Positions 1 through 10,582 of a stretch of 64,000 nt of DNA are shown here, piece after piece; the stretch's first letter is position 1, and the number at the start of each line of letters is the position of its first letter. A program made the position numbers and the translations under genes. The notes under the pieces are model-generated. The model ran no database searches. It was not told the origin of the DNA and saw only the letters and a program-made list of their open reading frames with translations. Source of the DNA: Aeromicrobium sp. (GTDB lineage: Bacteria; Actinomycetota; Actinomycetes; Propionibacteriales; Nocardioidaceae); assembly GCA_025965175.1 (NCBI GenBank), contig JAOPXL010000229.1, positions 10 to 64,009 of the forward strand, in the 5' to 3' direction.

Positions 1-1203
<1,203 letters not shown>

Positions 1204-1820
1204 CACCTTGGACACGGGGGATCAGTACTCGGGCGGGAACCTTCGGGGCTCGGAGTCAGTGCAGCCGACTTCTTCTGTCCCCGACGTCGCCGCTGTTGCC
1301 ACGGACACGTTGCACCCCCTCTGACATCAGTAAGTCGGTGGGCTTGGACATCAACCCGCAGGCCATCAGCTCATGACCGAATTATGGTCAGGATGGGCCA
1401 ACTTGTACGGATGACTGCTGCGAGGGCGGGCCGCTCACGTACTGCCCGCCGAGTTCACGGGTTTGCGGTAGCGGCACGCGCCTGCGTCCGAAGCGCCTTG
1501 CGCATAACTCAGGAGGTCCCGCACCCGAGTTTCGGGGTCTAGCTTCCGAACGGGTCAGATCGTTTCACGGCGTCCGATGCGTCGCCTCGAGGCGACGAAT
1601 GCTGACGAGACTGCGGCCCCGGACCCCGACACCCGCTCTGACCGCGGCGTTGCAGGTCAACCGGCTGGGGACGACGCCTTGTTCCACCCGTCGCGGCTCG
1701 TGCTGCGCTCCACGAAGGGCTCGATGCACGGCGACTGACGATGTGGCGGAGCAAGTCAAGACGACGGCGCGGGGCGATTCGATCGCGCTGCGCCGTCGTC
1801 GATCAGTCGTGTCGAAGTCG

Positions 1821-1849
1821 TTGACAGTGAACGCGGTCACATCTAATGT
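1821..1849 (+). promoter_or_regulatory. Sigma70-type promoter of the quinate operon
   Basis: TTGACA (1821-1826), 17-bp spacer, TAATGT (1844-1849); GGAGAGG RBS before ATG 1883. Confidence 0.75.
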
Positions 1850-1866
1850 ACTAACTCGTACGTTCA
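1847..1866. promoter_or_regulatory. Putative TetR operator 1
   Basis: Imperfect palindrome TGTACTAACTCGTACGTTCA overlapping the -10; related copy at 8549-8568. Confidence 0.6.
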
Positions 1867-1882
1867 CGAGGGAGAGGCAACG

Positions 1883-2779
1883 ATGAGTGTGGGGACCATG
1901 AAGCGGTTTCGCGTGGGGCTGTTGGGGGAGGGGATCGGCGAGTCGCTCACGCCGGCCATGCACATCGCCGAGGGACGTCGTCTAGGTCTGGAGTACGCCT
2001 ACGAGCTGTTCGACATCACGTCCGACACCTTCGACGAGGCCGGCCTGGCTGCCTTCGTGACCGGTCTTCGGGCCGCGGGATTCGACGGGCTCAACGTCAC
2101 GCATCCCTACAAGCAACGAGTCATCTCGTTCGCCGACCAGCTCAGCAGCGACGCCCGCAGCATCGGTGCGGTGAACCTGCTCGTGTTCGACCAGGGCGGC
2201 ATGACCGGTCACAACACCGACTGGACGGGTTTCAGTGGCGCATTCATGAGCCACCTCGGCAGGGCGCCGCGCAGCACGGTGCTCCAGATGGGGGCCGGCG
2301 GGGCGGGAGCAGCGACGGCCTACGCGCTGCTGCGACTGGGCGTTGAGCGGCTCACGATCCACGACCTCGACGCCGATCGCGCGCAGGGTCTTGCAGATCG
2401 GTACGGACCGATGTTCCTAGGACAGACGATCACGGTGACCAGTGGCGACCTGGATGGGCTGTGGCCAAGCTTCGATGGCGTGGTCCACGCGACCCCGACG
2501 GGGATGGACAAGCATCCTGGCCTAGCGATGGACCCTGATCACCTCGCACCGGACGCCTGGGTGGCCGAAGTCGTCTACCGGCCACTCGACACCGCTCTGG
2601 TCGTCTCTGCACGTGCCGCGGGTCGCCAAGTCATGGACGGCAGCATGATGGCAGCCGGCCAGGCGATAGACAGCCTGCGGATCCTGACCGGACTCGAGCC
2701 GGACGCGGACCGCGTCCGATCGGATCTGCTCGGCCTCCTGCAGGCCGAGGCGCCCGCGACGAGGGTGGTCGCTGAATGA
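1883..2779 (+). CDS. aroE: Quinate/shikimate 5-dehydrogenase (AroE family, QsuD-like)
   Basis: SLTPAMH, GLNVTHPYK, GAVN, GHNTDWTGF, GAGGAG, ATPTGM; catabolic context. Confidence 0.9.
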   Translation: MSVGTMKRFRVGLLGEGIGESLTPAMHIAEGRRLGLEYAYELFDITSDTFDEAGLAAFVTGLRAAGFDGLNVTHPYKQRVISFADQLSSDARSIGAVNLLVFDQGGMTGHNTDWTGFSGAFMSHLGRAPRSTVLQMGAGGAGAATAYALLRLGVERLTIHDLDADRAQGLADRYGPMFLGQTITVTSGDLDGLWPSFDGVVHATPTGMDKHPGLAMDPDHLAPDAWVAEVVYRPLDTALVVSARAAGRQVMDGSMMAAGQAIDSLRILTGLEPDADRVRSDLLGLLQAEAPATRVVAE

Positions 2780-2882
2780 GCTCGGGCGTGCTGACCACGG
2801 TCGGTGCGACTCCTCCCGGCACCTGCCGCGGAGGCAATACTGGCAAACGGCGCCCAGGCGCCCAAACGATAAGGAAGACATC

Positions 2883-3944
2883 ATGACTCGCTGGAAAATG
2901 ACGACCGAAACCTTCGGCCGCCGGCCGGGACGCTCGCGCGGGCTGGTTGCTGTCGTTGCTTCTGTCGCGATGGCGGCAGGGTTGTCGGCTTGCGCCAGCA
3001 GCTCCGACGACGCGGGAAGTGGCGGCGGGAGCGGCAAGGTCGTCGTAGGCTACTCCGGCTACACCCTGTCGAATCCCTACTTCGCAGGCCTCATCAAGGG
3101 CCTCGAGGACGGTGCAGACACGCACGGCTTCAAGCTGCTTCAGACCAACTCCAACGGGGACAACAACACCCAGGTCAACGACATCCAGAACCTGGTCACG
3201 AAGGGCGCGAAGTACATCGTCATCAGCCCGGCCGACGCGTCAGCCATCATCCCTGCCGTCAAGGCCGCCAAGGCCGGGGGAGCTACGGTCATCGCGATCT
3301 CGGACACGATCAAGTCCGATGACGTCCAGTTCACGGTCGCCATGAACCACGTCACGATTGGCGAGCAGAGCGCTCAGGGCATCGTTGACTTCCTGAGCCA
3401 GAAGAACGGCAAGCCCGCCGGCAAGGTCATCGATATCCAGGGCATCGCCGGAAGCTCCGCCGCGACCGCTCGCGAGAAGGGCTTCAACAACATCATCAGC
3501 AAGTACCCGGACATCGAGGTCGTGGCCCGCCAGGACGGTGGATTCGACACCGACAAGACCTACAAGGTGATGACAGACCTCCTGCAGGCTCACAAGGACG
3601 TGGAGGCAGTGTTCACGTCGAACGACAGCGAAGCGCAGGGTGCCACAAAAGCCATCGAGGCTGCAGGTCTCCTGAAGAAGGTCGGCGAGCCCGGCCACAT
3701 CTTCGTGACCGGCAATGACGCCCCGGCCCCGGCCATCGCGGACATCCGCAAGCAGCGTCAGGACATGACGGTCAGCTCGAACCCCATCAAGCTGTCCGAG
3801 CTGGTCATGGACAAGATCGCGGAGATCGAGAAGGGCAAGAAGGTCTCGGGCTTCATCGAGTGGCCTGGCCTGGTCATCACCCCCGCCAACATCGACTCGG
3901 CGGAGGTCAAGAAGTACGGCATCTGGGCTGATCAGGTTGGCTGA
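2883..3944 (+). CDS. Sugar-type (RbsB-like) ABC substrate-binding lipoprotein
   Basis: Lipobox LSAC, NPYFAGL, periplasmic-binding protein type I features; true start may be a few codons downstream. Confidence 0.88.
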   Translation: MTRWKMTTETFGRRPGRSRGLVAVVASVAMAAGLSACASSSDDAGSGGGSGKVVVGYSGYTLSNPYFAGLIKGLEDGADTHGFKLLQTNSNGDNNTQVNDIQNLVTKGAKYIVISPADASAIIPAVKAAKAGGATVIAISDTIKSDDVQFTVAMNHVTIGEQSAQGIVDFLSQKNGKPAGKVIDIQGIAGSSAATAREKGFNNIISKYPDIEVVARQDGGFDTDKTYKVMTDLLQAHKDVEAVFTSNDSEAQGATKAIEAAGLLKKVGEPGHIFVTGNDAPAPAIADIRKQRQDMTVSSNPIKLSELVMDKIAEIEKGKKVSGFIEWPGLVITPANIDSAEVKKYGIWADQVG

Positions 3945-5445
3945 CATACCCATTGTCTCGGTTGACGGGGTCTCAAAGCGGTACGGCCCGGTTGAGGTGC
4001 TCGACGGCATCGACTTCACGTTCGACGCCGGTGAGATCACCGGTCTCGTCGGTGAGAACGGTGCCGGCAAGTCGACGCTGATCAAGATCCTCGCGGGTGC
4101 CGAGACGCCGTCGGCCGGATCCGTGGTGCTGGGCGGCGAGCCGCTGCCCAGCACCACGGGGGCGGTGATCAGCGCTGGCCTCAGTGTCATCTACCAAGAG
4201 CTCACCGACGTCCCCGACATGTCGTTGCTCGACAACGTGCTACTCGGCAACCTCGCGAACACCCGTGGACTGATCCGGTCGAAGGAGAATCGGCGACGAG
4301 CATCCGCCGGCCTCCAGCGGGTCGGGCTGGGACACCTCGACCTGCGTACGCCCATCCGAGAGCTCACGATCTCGCAGCGTCAGCTCGCCGAGATCGCGCG
4401 CTGCCTGGTGCGCGACACCAAGGTGCTGGTCCTCGACGAGCCCACCTCAGCGCTGCCGGAGAAGGACGTCGAGACGCTTCTTGCGGTCGTGCGGAGCCTG
4501 CGCGACGAGGGCATCGCGATCCTCTACGTGACCCACCACCTCGACGAGCTGTTCCGGGTGGCCGACCGGGTCGTGGTGCTGAGGGACGGCAAGCTGGTCG
4601 GGGACGAGGCCATCGAACGATGGGACCACACGACGCTCGTGCGGGCGATGCTCGCCAAGGAGCTCGAGCAGGCGTATCCGTGGCGTGCACGTCCGATGGG
4701 CGGCCCGGTACTCGTGGCACGCGATCTCGAGGCGCGCGGAGTGCGGGGCACCTCGCTCCACGCCGACTCCGGCGAGGTGGTCGGGTTGGTCGGCCTGGCT
4801 GGTTCGGGCCGCACCGAGCTGATGAAGGCCATCGGAGGAGTCGAGCCGGGCACGTCGGGAGAGATCGTTGTCGACGGTGCCTCGATGCGCGTCGGCAGCA
4901 TCGCCGCAGCACGCGCGGCGGGCGTCATCTACGTGCCGGAGGATCGCAAGCAGGAAGGACTCGTCCTGGACGCGTCTGTGCGGTCGAACGTCGCGATGGG
5001 GGACTATGGCCCGGTGTCGCGTCGCGGGATCCTCAGCGGCGTAGCGATGACGCGCCGTGCCCAGCACATCACCGAGAAGTACGACGTCAAGCTCGGTTCG
5101 GTGCATCAGGAGATCGGCAAGCTGTCCGGCGGCAACCAGCAGAAGGTCATCGTGGGTCGAGTCAGCGAGATGGCCCCGAGAGTCGTGCTGTTCGACGACC
5201 CGACCCGCGGAGTGGACGTAGGGGCCAAGTCCGGCATCTACGACCATGTCTTCTCTTTGGCCGAGAGTGGCTCGGCCGTCCTGGTCTGCAGCTCGGACAC
5301 CGACGAGGTCCTGGCCGTGTCCGACCGCATCTACGTGCTGGCGGGCGGACGAGTCGTGGGGGAGTTCCTCCGCGACGAGTTCGACCGCGAGCAGATCCTG
5401 CACCGCGCTGCAGGCGGGTCGGCCGCCGAGAATCAACTGGCGTGA
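3937..5445 (+). CDS. Sugar ABC transporter ATP-binding protein (RbsA-like, two NBDs)
   Basis: GENGAGKST, LDEPT, PEDRKQEG, LSGGNQQKV, DPTRGVDVGAK. Confidence 0.93.
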   Translation: MADIPIVSVDGVSKRYGPVEVLDGIDFTFDAGEITGLVGENGAGKSTLIKILAGAETPSAGSVVLGGEPLPSTTGAVISAGLSVIYQELTDVPDMSLLDNVLLGNLANTRGLIRSKENRRRASAGLQRVGLGHLDLRTPIRELTISQRQLAEIARCLVRDTKVLVLDEPTSALPEKDVETLLAVVRSLRDEGIAILYVTHHLDELFRVADRVVVLRDGKLVGDEAIERWDHTTLVRAMLAKELEQAYPWRARPMGGPVLVARDLEARGVRGTSLHADSGEVVGLVGLAGSGRTELMKAIGGVEPGTSGEIVVDGASMRVGSIAAARAAGVIYVPEDRKQEGLVLDASVRSNVAMGDYGPVSRRGILSGVAMTRRAQHITEKYDVKLGSVHQEIGKLSGGNQQKVIVGRVSEMAPRVVLFDDPTRGVDVGAKSGIYDHVFSLAESGSAVLVCSSDTDEVLAVSDRIYVLAGGRVVGEFLRDEFDREQILHRAAGGSAAENQLA

Positions 5446-5484
5446 CCGCGTCCAGCCTTTCCACCACACCTTCAGGAGCACACC

Positions 5485-6477
5485 GTGTCGAGCACTATTC
5501 CCGCACCAGCAGCCTGGCGTGCCCAGACTGAGCGGGCCTTCAGCAGCAACATCGCACCGATCGTCGGTGCCCTTCTCGTCGTCTCGATCGCGCTGTCATT
5601 CATGTCGGACGTTTTCCTCACCGGCAACAACCTGTCGAACATCGTCACGCAGAGCGCGGTCGTGGGCATCGCGGCAGTGGGCGCCACGTTCGTGATCATC
5701 ACGAGCGGCATCGATCTGTCGGTGGGCGCGAACATCGCCCTCGCCGGCTTCCTGGGGGCGCAGTGGGCGCACCACTCGGACAACGGTCTGCTGGGCATCC
5801 TGACGATCCTGGCCGTCGCCCTGGTCGTCGGAGCGTTCAACGGTGCGTCCGTCGCGTGGCTGGGACTCGCGCCGTTCATCGTGACGCTGGCGGTCATGGG
5901 CATGGCCCGGGGCTTGACCCTCCAGTTCAGCAAGGGCCAATCGGTCTACGAGCTGCCCGGCTCGCTGAACTGGCTGGGGAGTGCTGACTTCGCCGGGCTC
6001 AAGGTGTCGGCCATCGTGACGATCCTGCTGTTCCTCGTCGGGCACCTGGTGCTTTCCCGCACCACCTTCGGGCACCGGGTGTACGCCGTGGGTGGCAACG
6101 CGGACGCTGCACGTCTGGCAGGCATCAACGTCAAGCGGGTGGTCTTCTCGACCTACGTCATCGCTGCCCTCTGCGCCGGCATCGCCGCGATCATCCTGGT
6201 CGGCCGCCTCGACTCGGCCACGCCGAATGCCGCGAACGGCACCGAGCTTCAGGTCATCGCCGCCGTCGTCATCGGTGGCACGAGCCTGTTCGGCGGCAAG
6301 GGCAGCATGATCGGGACGCTCGTGGGTGTGCTGCTGATCGGTGTCATCAACAACGGGCTGACGCTGCTGAACGTCTCCTCGTTCTGGGTGCAGTTCGTGC
6401 AGGGCGCGTTGATCTTCCTCGCTGTCCTGCTGGACTCCTTCAACACAGGTCGGCTGAAGCGGGCCGCGACATCGTGA
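5485..6477 (+). CDS. Sugar ABC transporter permease (RbsC-like)
   Basis: GIDLSVG, YAVGGNADAARLAGI, ELQVIAAVVIGGTSLFGGKGS. Confidence 0.93.
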   Translation: MSSTIPAPAAWRAQTERAFSSNIAPIVGALLVVSIALSFMSDVFLTGNNLSNIVTQSAVVGIAAVGATFVIITSGIDLSVGANIALAGFLGAQWAHHSDNGLLGILTILAVALVVGAFNGASVAWLGLAPFIVTLAVMGMARGLTLQFSKGQSVYELPGSLNWLGSADFAGLKVSAIVTILLFLVGHLVLSRTTFGHRVYAVGGNADAARLAGINVKRVVFSTYVIAALCAGIAAIILVGRLDSATPNAANGTELQVIAAVVIGGTSLFGGKGSMIGTLVGVLLIGVINNGLTLLNVSSFWVQFVQGALIFLAVLLDSFNTGRLKRAATS

Positions 6478-7391
6478 CCGAGGAGGGCTTCAGAACGTGG
6501 GGATCCCGGCTCTCCAACTGGGGACGCTGGGGTGCCGATGACCATCGTGGCACCCTCAACTGGATTACCCCCGAGCGGATGGCGGAGGCTGCGGGGCTGA
6601 TCCGCGCGGGCGAAGCCGTCACGCTGGGACTGCCGCTCGATGAGCACGGCCCGCAGCCCCCCGACGGTGTCCGACCGAATCCGGTTCACCGCATGACACG
6701 CGGGACGGAGGTGCCGCCCGAGCGTGGCGGATTCCAGTGGATGGACGACGTGCTCACGTTGTCGCCCCAGAGCGCGACCCAGCTGGACGCCTTGTCACAC
6801 GTGGCGTATGACGGCCTTCTTTACAACGGAGTGGCGATCGACACCATCGGACCGGCAGGGGCCGCGGTGCACGGGGTAGAGACGCTGCGTGACGGCATCC
6901 ACGGCCGTGGCGTGCTGATCGACCTGCCGCGTCACCTGGGCGTGGATCGTCTGCGTCCGGAGCACGTCGTCACTCCTGAGGAGGTCGACGCATGTCTCGC
7001 GGACCAGGACGTCGAGCCGGCTCCCGGTGACATCGTGCTGCTGCGCACCGGCTGGATGCGCACCTTCCGGGATGCTGGCGCATCGGCCTACATCAGCGTC
7101 GAGCCCGGCGTATCGTTGCCATTTGCCCAGTGGCTCTTCGATCACCGGTCCGCATTCGTCGCGAGCGACAATTGGGGGCTCGAGGTGGTGCCCTCCCAGG
7201 GTTCGGAGAACATGCCCGTGCACTGCGTCCTGGTGCGCGACATGGGCATGGCGATCGGGGAGATGTTCGACCTGGAGACGTTGTCCGAGGCGTGCGCTCG
7301 CCACGGACGCTGGGAGTTCTTCTTCAGCGCCCATCCCTTGCAGATCACGGGGGGCACCGGGTCTCCTCTGGAGCCAAAGGCGTTCTTGTGA
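6474..7391 (+). CDS. Cyclase-family (KynB-like fold) metal-dependent hydrolase
   Basis: SNWGRWGADDHRGTLN, QSATQLDALSH, GRGVLID, GDIVLLRTGW, ASDN, GEMFDLE, GGTGSP. Confidence 0.88.
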   Translation: MTEEGFRTWGSRLSNWGRWGADDHRGTLNWITPERMAEAAGLIRAGEAVTLGLPLDEHGPQPPDGVRPNPVHRMTRGTEVPPERGGFQWMDDVLTLSPQSATQLDALSHVAYDGLLYNGVAIDTIGPAGAAVHGVETLRDGIHGRGVLIDLPRHLGVDRLRPEHVVTPEEVDACLADQDVEPAPGDIVLLRTGWMRTFRDAGASAYISVEPGVSLPFAQWLFDHRSAFVASDNWGLEVVPSQGSENMPVHCVLVRDMGMAIGEMFDLETLSEACARHGRWEFFFSAHPLQITGGTGSPLEPKAFL

Positions 7392-7831
7392 TGGCGAAGC
7401 TGCTTCTGGTCAATGGCCCCAACCTGAACCTGCTCGGCGTGCGCGAGCCCGACACGTACGGGACGGACTCGCTGGACGACGTCGTCGACCTCGTGCGGTC
7501 GACTGCCGCGCGCTGGGATATGGGTGTTGACGCCGTGCAGAGCAACCACGAGGGCGTGCTGATCGACGCGATTCACGCCGCCCGCGGGACGTGCGCGGCG
7601 ATCGTCATCAACCCTGGTGCGTTCACGCACACGTCTGTTGCCCTCCGCGATGCGTTGACGGGCGTCGCGCTGCCGGTGGCCGAGGTGCACATAAGCAACA
7701 TCCACAGGCGCGAGCCGTTCCGGCATCACTCGTTCGTGTCTGATGTCGCCGAGCTGGTGATCGTCGGCGCCGGCCTGCGAGGTTACGCATATGCCGTGGA
7801 AGGGATCGCGCGTCACGTGCAACAGTGCTGA
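7391..7831 (+). CDS. aroQ: Type II 3-dehydroquinate dehydratase
   Basis: NGPNLNLLGVREP, QSNHEG, INPGAFTHTS, EVHISN, REPFRHHS; ATG overlaps the cyclase stop. Confidence 0.96.
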   Translation: MAKLLLVNGPNLNLLGVREPDTYGTDSLDDVVDLVRSTAARWDMGVDAVQSNHEGVLIDAIHAARGTCAAIVINPGAFTHTSVALRDALTGVALPVAEVHISNIHRREPFRHHSFVSDVAELVIVGAGLRGYAYAVEGIARHVQQC

Positions 7832-7832
7832 G

Positions 7833-8501
7833 TCAGACGGCGAGCCACCGGGCGATGACGTCGCCGATCATCGCGCGGTGGTGCCCTTGCAGAGCGCCGT
7901 CGCCCATGTCCCGGCCGAAGAGATGGCCGAACGTGTGTCTGTTGGCGACCTGGAACACGCAGTAGGCGCTGATCATCATGTGGACATCGATCTGATCGAC
8001 GTCCTCGCGGATCGTGCCGTCATTGCGACCGCGCACGAGGATGTCGTTGATCAGGGTCGCGGCCGGATTGGCGATCGCGCGCAAGGCGTCGATGCGGCGA
8101 ATGAACTCGCCGCGGTGGATGTTCTCGATCGAGACCAGCCGGATGAACTCCGGGTGCGCCAGGTGGTAGTCGTACGTGAGCTCGGCCAGCCGCCGAATGG
8201 CAGCGACAGGATCGAGACCGGCAACATCGAGGTCCTGCTCGGCTGTTCGGATGCCTTGATACGCGTTCTCGAGGACCGCGAGATAGAGCTGTTCCTTGCC
8301 GCCGAAGTAGTAGTAGATCATCCGCTTGGTAGTGCTCGTGCGCTCGGCAATCTCATCGACGCGGGCACCGGAGTACCCGTCCTGAGCGAAGACCTCGGTG
8401 GCCACCTGGATCAGCTCGGCCTTGGTCCGCTCGGCGTCGCGCTGTCGTTCGGGCCGCCTCTGAGTGCTCGGCTCGTCTCGGTGGGTCTTCGCGCTGCTCA
8501 C
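7833..8501 (-). CDS. TetR family regulator
   Basis: HTH GYSGARVDEIAERTSTTKRMIYYYFGGKEQLY; divergent from the dehydroshikimate dehydratase gene. Confidence 0.92.
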   Translation of the reverse strand: MSSAKTHRDEPSTQRRPERQRDAERTKAELIQVATEVFAQDGYSGARVDEIAERTSTTKRMIYYYFGGKEQLYLAVLENAYQGIRTAEQDLDVAGLDPVAAIRRLAELTYDYHLAHPEFIRLVSIENIHRGEFIRRIDALRAIANPAATLINDILVRGRNDGTIREDVDQIDVHMMISAYCVFQVANRHTFGHLFGRDMGDGALQGHHRAMIGDVIARWLAV

Positions 8502-8548
8502 GCCGCGAGCGTACCGTGCACCGTCGCCATGGACGGCTCGCCCACTAA

Positions 8549-8568
8549 GGTATTAACTAGATAGTTCA
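8549..8568. promoter_or_regulatory. Putative TetR operator 2
   Basis: GGTATTAACTAGATAGTTCA in the divergent intergenic gap; shares GTAYTAACTnGnnnGTTCA with 1847-1866. Confidence 0.6.
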
Positions 8569-8584
8569 TTCATGAGGAGATGAT

Positions 8585-10363
8585 ATGCGCCGGTCCGTAG
8601 CCACCGTCTGCCTGTCCGGCAGCCTTGCCGAGAAGATGCACGCAGCAGCTGCTGCGGGTTTCGACGGGATCGAGGTCTTCGAGCCCGATCTCGTGGCCTC
8701 CGAGCTCAGTCCCGAGGAGATCAGATCGTTGGCGGACCGTCTCGGACTCACGCTGGACCTGTACCAGCCCTTCCGTGACTTCGAGGGCGTCGGAGACGAT
8801 GAGCTGGCCGACAACATGCGCCGCGCCGAGGCAAAGTTTGCCGTGATGAACCGCTTGGGCATCGACACGATCCTCGTGTGCAGCAACGTCGGCACGGCGA
8901 CGATCGATTCGGACGAGGTCTCGGCCGCGCAGTTGCGTCAGCTCGGCGACCTCGCCGTCCGTTACGGCGTCCGGATCGCGTTCGAGGCGCTCGCCTGGGG
9001 ACGCCACATCGACGACTACCGGCGCTCGTGGCGGGTCGTGCAGCTCGCGGACCACGCGAGCGTCGGTCTGTGCCTGGACTCCTTCCACATCCTGTCTCGT
9101 GGACACGACCCCGCCGGGATCGAGGACATCCCCGGCGACAAGATCTTCTTCCTGCAGCTCGCCGACGCTCCTGCCCTGTCGATGGACGTCCTGTCGTGGA
9201 GCCGGCACCACCGGTTGTTCCCGGGGGAGGGCTCCTTCGACCTGCCAGCCTTTGTCGCCCACGTGCTGCGGGCGGGGTACACGGGGCCACTGTCGCTCGA
9301 GGTGTTCAATGACACGTTCCGGCAGACCGACGTGGAGCGCACCGCGGTGCACGCGCTGCGCTCGCTCGTGTGGCTGGAGGATCGGGCCAGGCGGGTCATG
9401 GGCGAGGACACCCCGCTGCTGACGGACGTCACGGCGCCGACCGGGTTCGACTTTGTCGAGGTCAAGGCCGAGAACACCTCGTCGATCGAGGTGCTGCTGG
9501 GGCAGCTGGGCTTCGCGTTCCGGGGGCGCCACCGCTCGAAGCCGGTCAGCCTCTGGGTGGCTGGGGACGCGCGCATCGTGCTGAACGAGCAGCATGCTCG
9601 CGATCTTGCCCCGCATCTGAGCGCGGTCGGGCTACGGGTGGCGGACGTCGCGTCGGCCGCACGCCGAGCGTCCGAGCTAATGGCGCCACCGGTCCACCGG
9701 CGCACGTACGCATCAGAGGTTCCTCTCCAGGCCGTCGAGGCGCCCGACGGCACCCAGGTCTTCTTCGGTGGCCCGACGACCATGGCATGGACAGAGGAGT
9801 TCGGCGACGGGGCGGACAAGATGACCGGCCCGGTTACAGCGATCGATCACGTCAACATGGCGCAGCCGTGGCAGTACTTCGACGAGGCGGTGCTGTTCTA
9901 CACGAGCGTGCTCGAGCTCGACGCGCATTCCGGCGTGGAGGTGGCCGGACCGAGGGGCCTGGTGCGCAGCCGGGTCATGTCCTCGCCGGACAACGGTGTC
10001 CGGCTGCCGCTCAATGTTGCCCCAGCCATCGACGAGTCAGCGCCGCCCGCACAACATGTTGCGCTGCTGTGCTCCGACGTGCGAGAAGCCGTGCGTCACG
10101 CGCGTGGGCGAGGACTGCAGATGCTGCCCGTGCCGACGAACTACTACGACGACCTCGAAGCTCGTCTGGGCCTGGACCCGAGCTTCAGGCATGAGCTCGA
10201 GGAGCTCGACGTCATGTACGACCGCGATGGTAACGGCGAGTACTTCAACGCCTACACGCGGACAGTTGGTCAGGTGTTCTTCGAGCTGGTCGAGCGCCGG
10301 ACCGGATACGCGGGGTTCGGTGCGACCAATGCACCTGTGCGCATGGCGGCCCAGCGGCGTTGA
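8585..10363 (+). CDS. Two-domain 3-dehydroshikimate dehydratase (isomerase TIM barrel + HPPD-like domain; QsuB/QuiC1 type)
   Basis: SVATVCLSG, FEALAWG, CLDSFH, FFLQLADAP, SWSRHHRLFPGEG, C-terminal FFELVERR-GY-GFGATNA; context with aroE and aroQ. Confidence 0.88.
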   Translation: MRRSVATVCLSGSLAEKMHAAAAAGFDGIEVFEPDLVASELSPEEIRSLADRLGLTLDLYQPFRDFEGVGDDELADNMRRAEAKFAVMNRLGIDTILVCSNVGTATIDSDEVSAAQLRQLGDLAVRYGVRIAFEALAWGRHIDDYRRSWRVVQLADHASVGLCLDSFHILSRGHDPAGIEDIPGDKIFFLQLADAPALSMDVLSWSRHHRLFPGEGSFDLPAFVAHVLRAGYTGPLSLEVFNDTFRQTDVERTAVHALRSLVWLEDRARRVMGEDTPLLTDVTAPTGFDFVEVKAENTSSIEVLLGQLGFAFRGRHRSKPVSLWVAGDARIVLNEQHARDLAPHLSAVGLRVADVASAARRASELMAPPVHRRTYASEVPLQAVEAPDGTQVFFGGPTTMAWTEEFGDGADKMTGPVTAIDHVNMAQPWQYFDEAVLFYTSVLELDAHSGVEVAGPRGLVRSRVMSSPDNGVRLPLNVAPAIDESAPPAQHVALLCSDVREAVRHARGRGLQMLPVPTNYYDDLEARLGLDPSFRHELEELDVMYDRDGNGEYFNAYTRTVGQVFFELVERRTGYAGFGATNAPVRMAAQRR

Positions 10364-10384
10364 CGGCGTGGCGCTGCAGCGTCT

Positions 10385-10510
10385 GGTGAGGGCGAGGTCG
10401 TCGCTCACCGGGCGGGCCGTCTCCAGGAGCGGGGGTAGGCTGTCGGCGACGACCTCGTCGACGCCCGATGACGTTCAGCGAGGCGAGCATGACGCGTCCC
10501 ATCGACGCGG
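10385..10510 (-). pseudogene. Decayed 3' remnant of a PcaR-type IclR gene
   Basis: 24-nt identity 10385-10408 with 35326-35349 and 14-nt identity 10492-10505 with 35657-35670; reads ASMGRVMLA/SLNV...SLPPLLETAR-VSDDLALTR. Confidence 0.8.
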
Positions 10511-10582
10511 GCACGGACGCCGACGGCGCTCCTGCCCCGCGGCGTAGCATCGACAGGTGAGGTCACAAGATCGGGACGCCCC

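Noticed and set aside
1499-1545. CGCATAACTCAGGAGGTC resembling a tRNA-fMet anticodon arm
   Set aside because: No D arm, T arm or acceptor stem could be folded.
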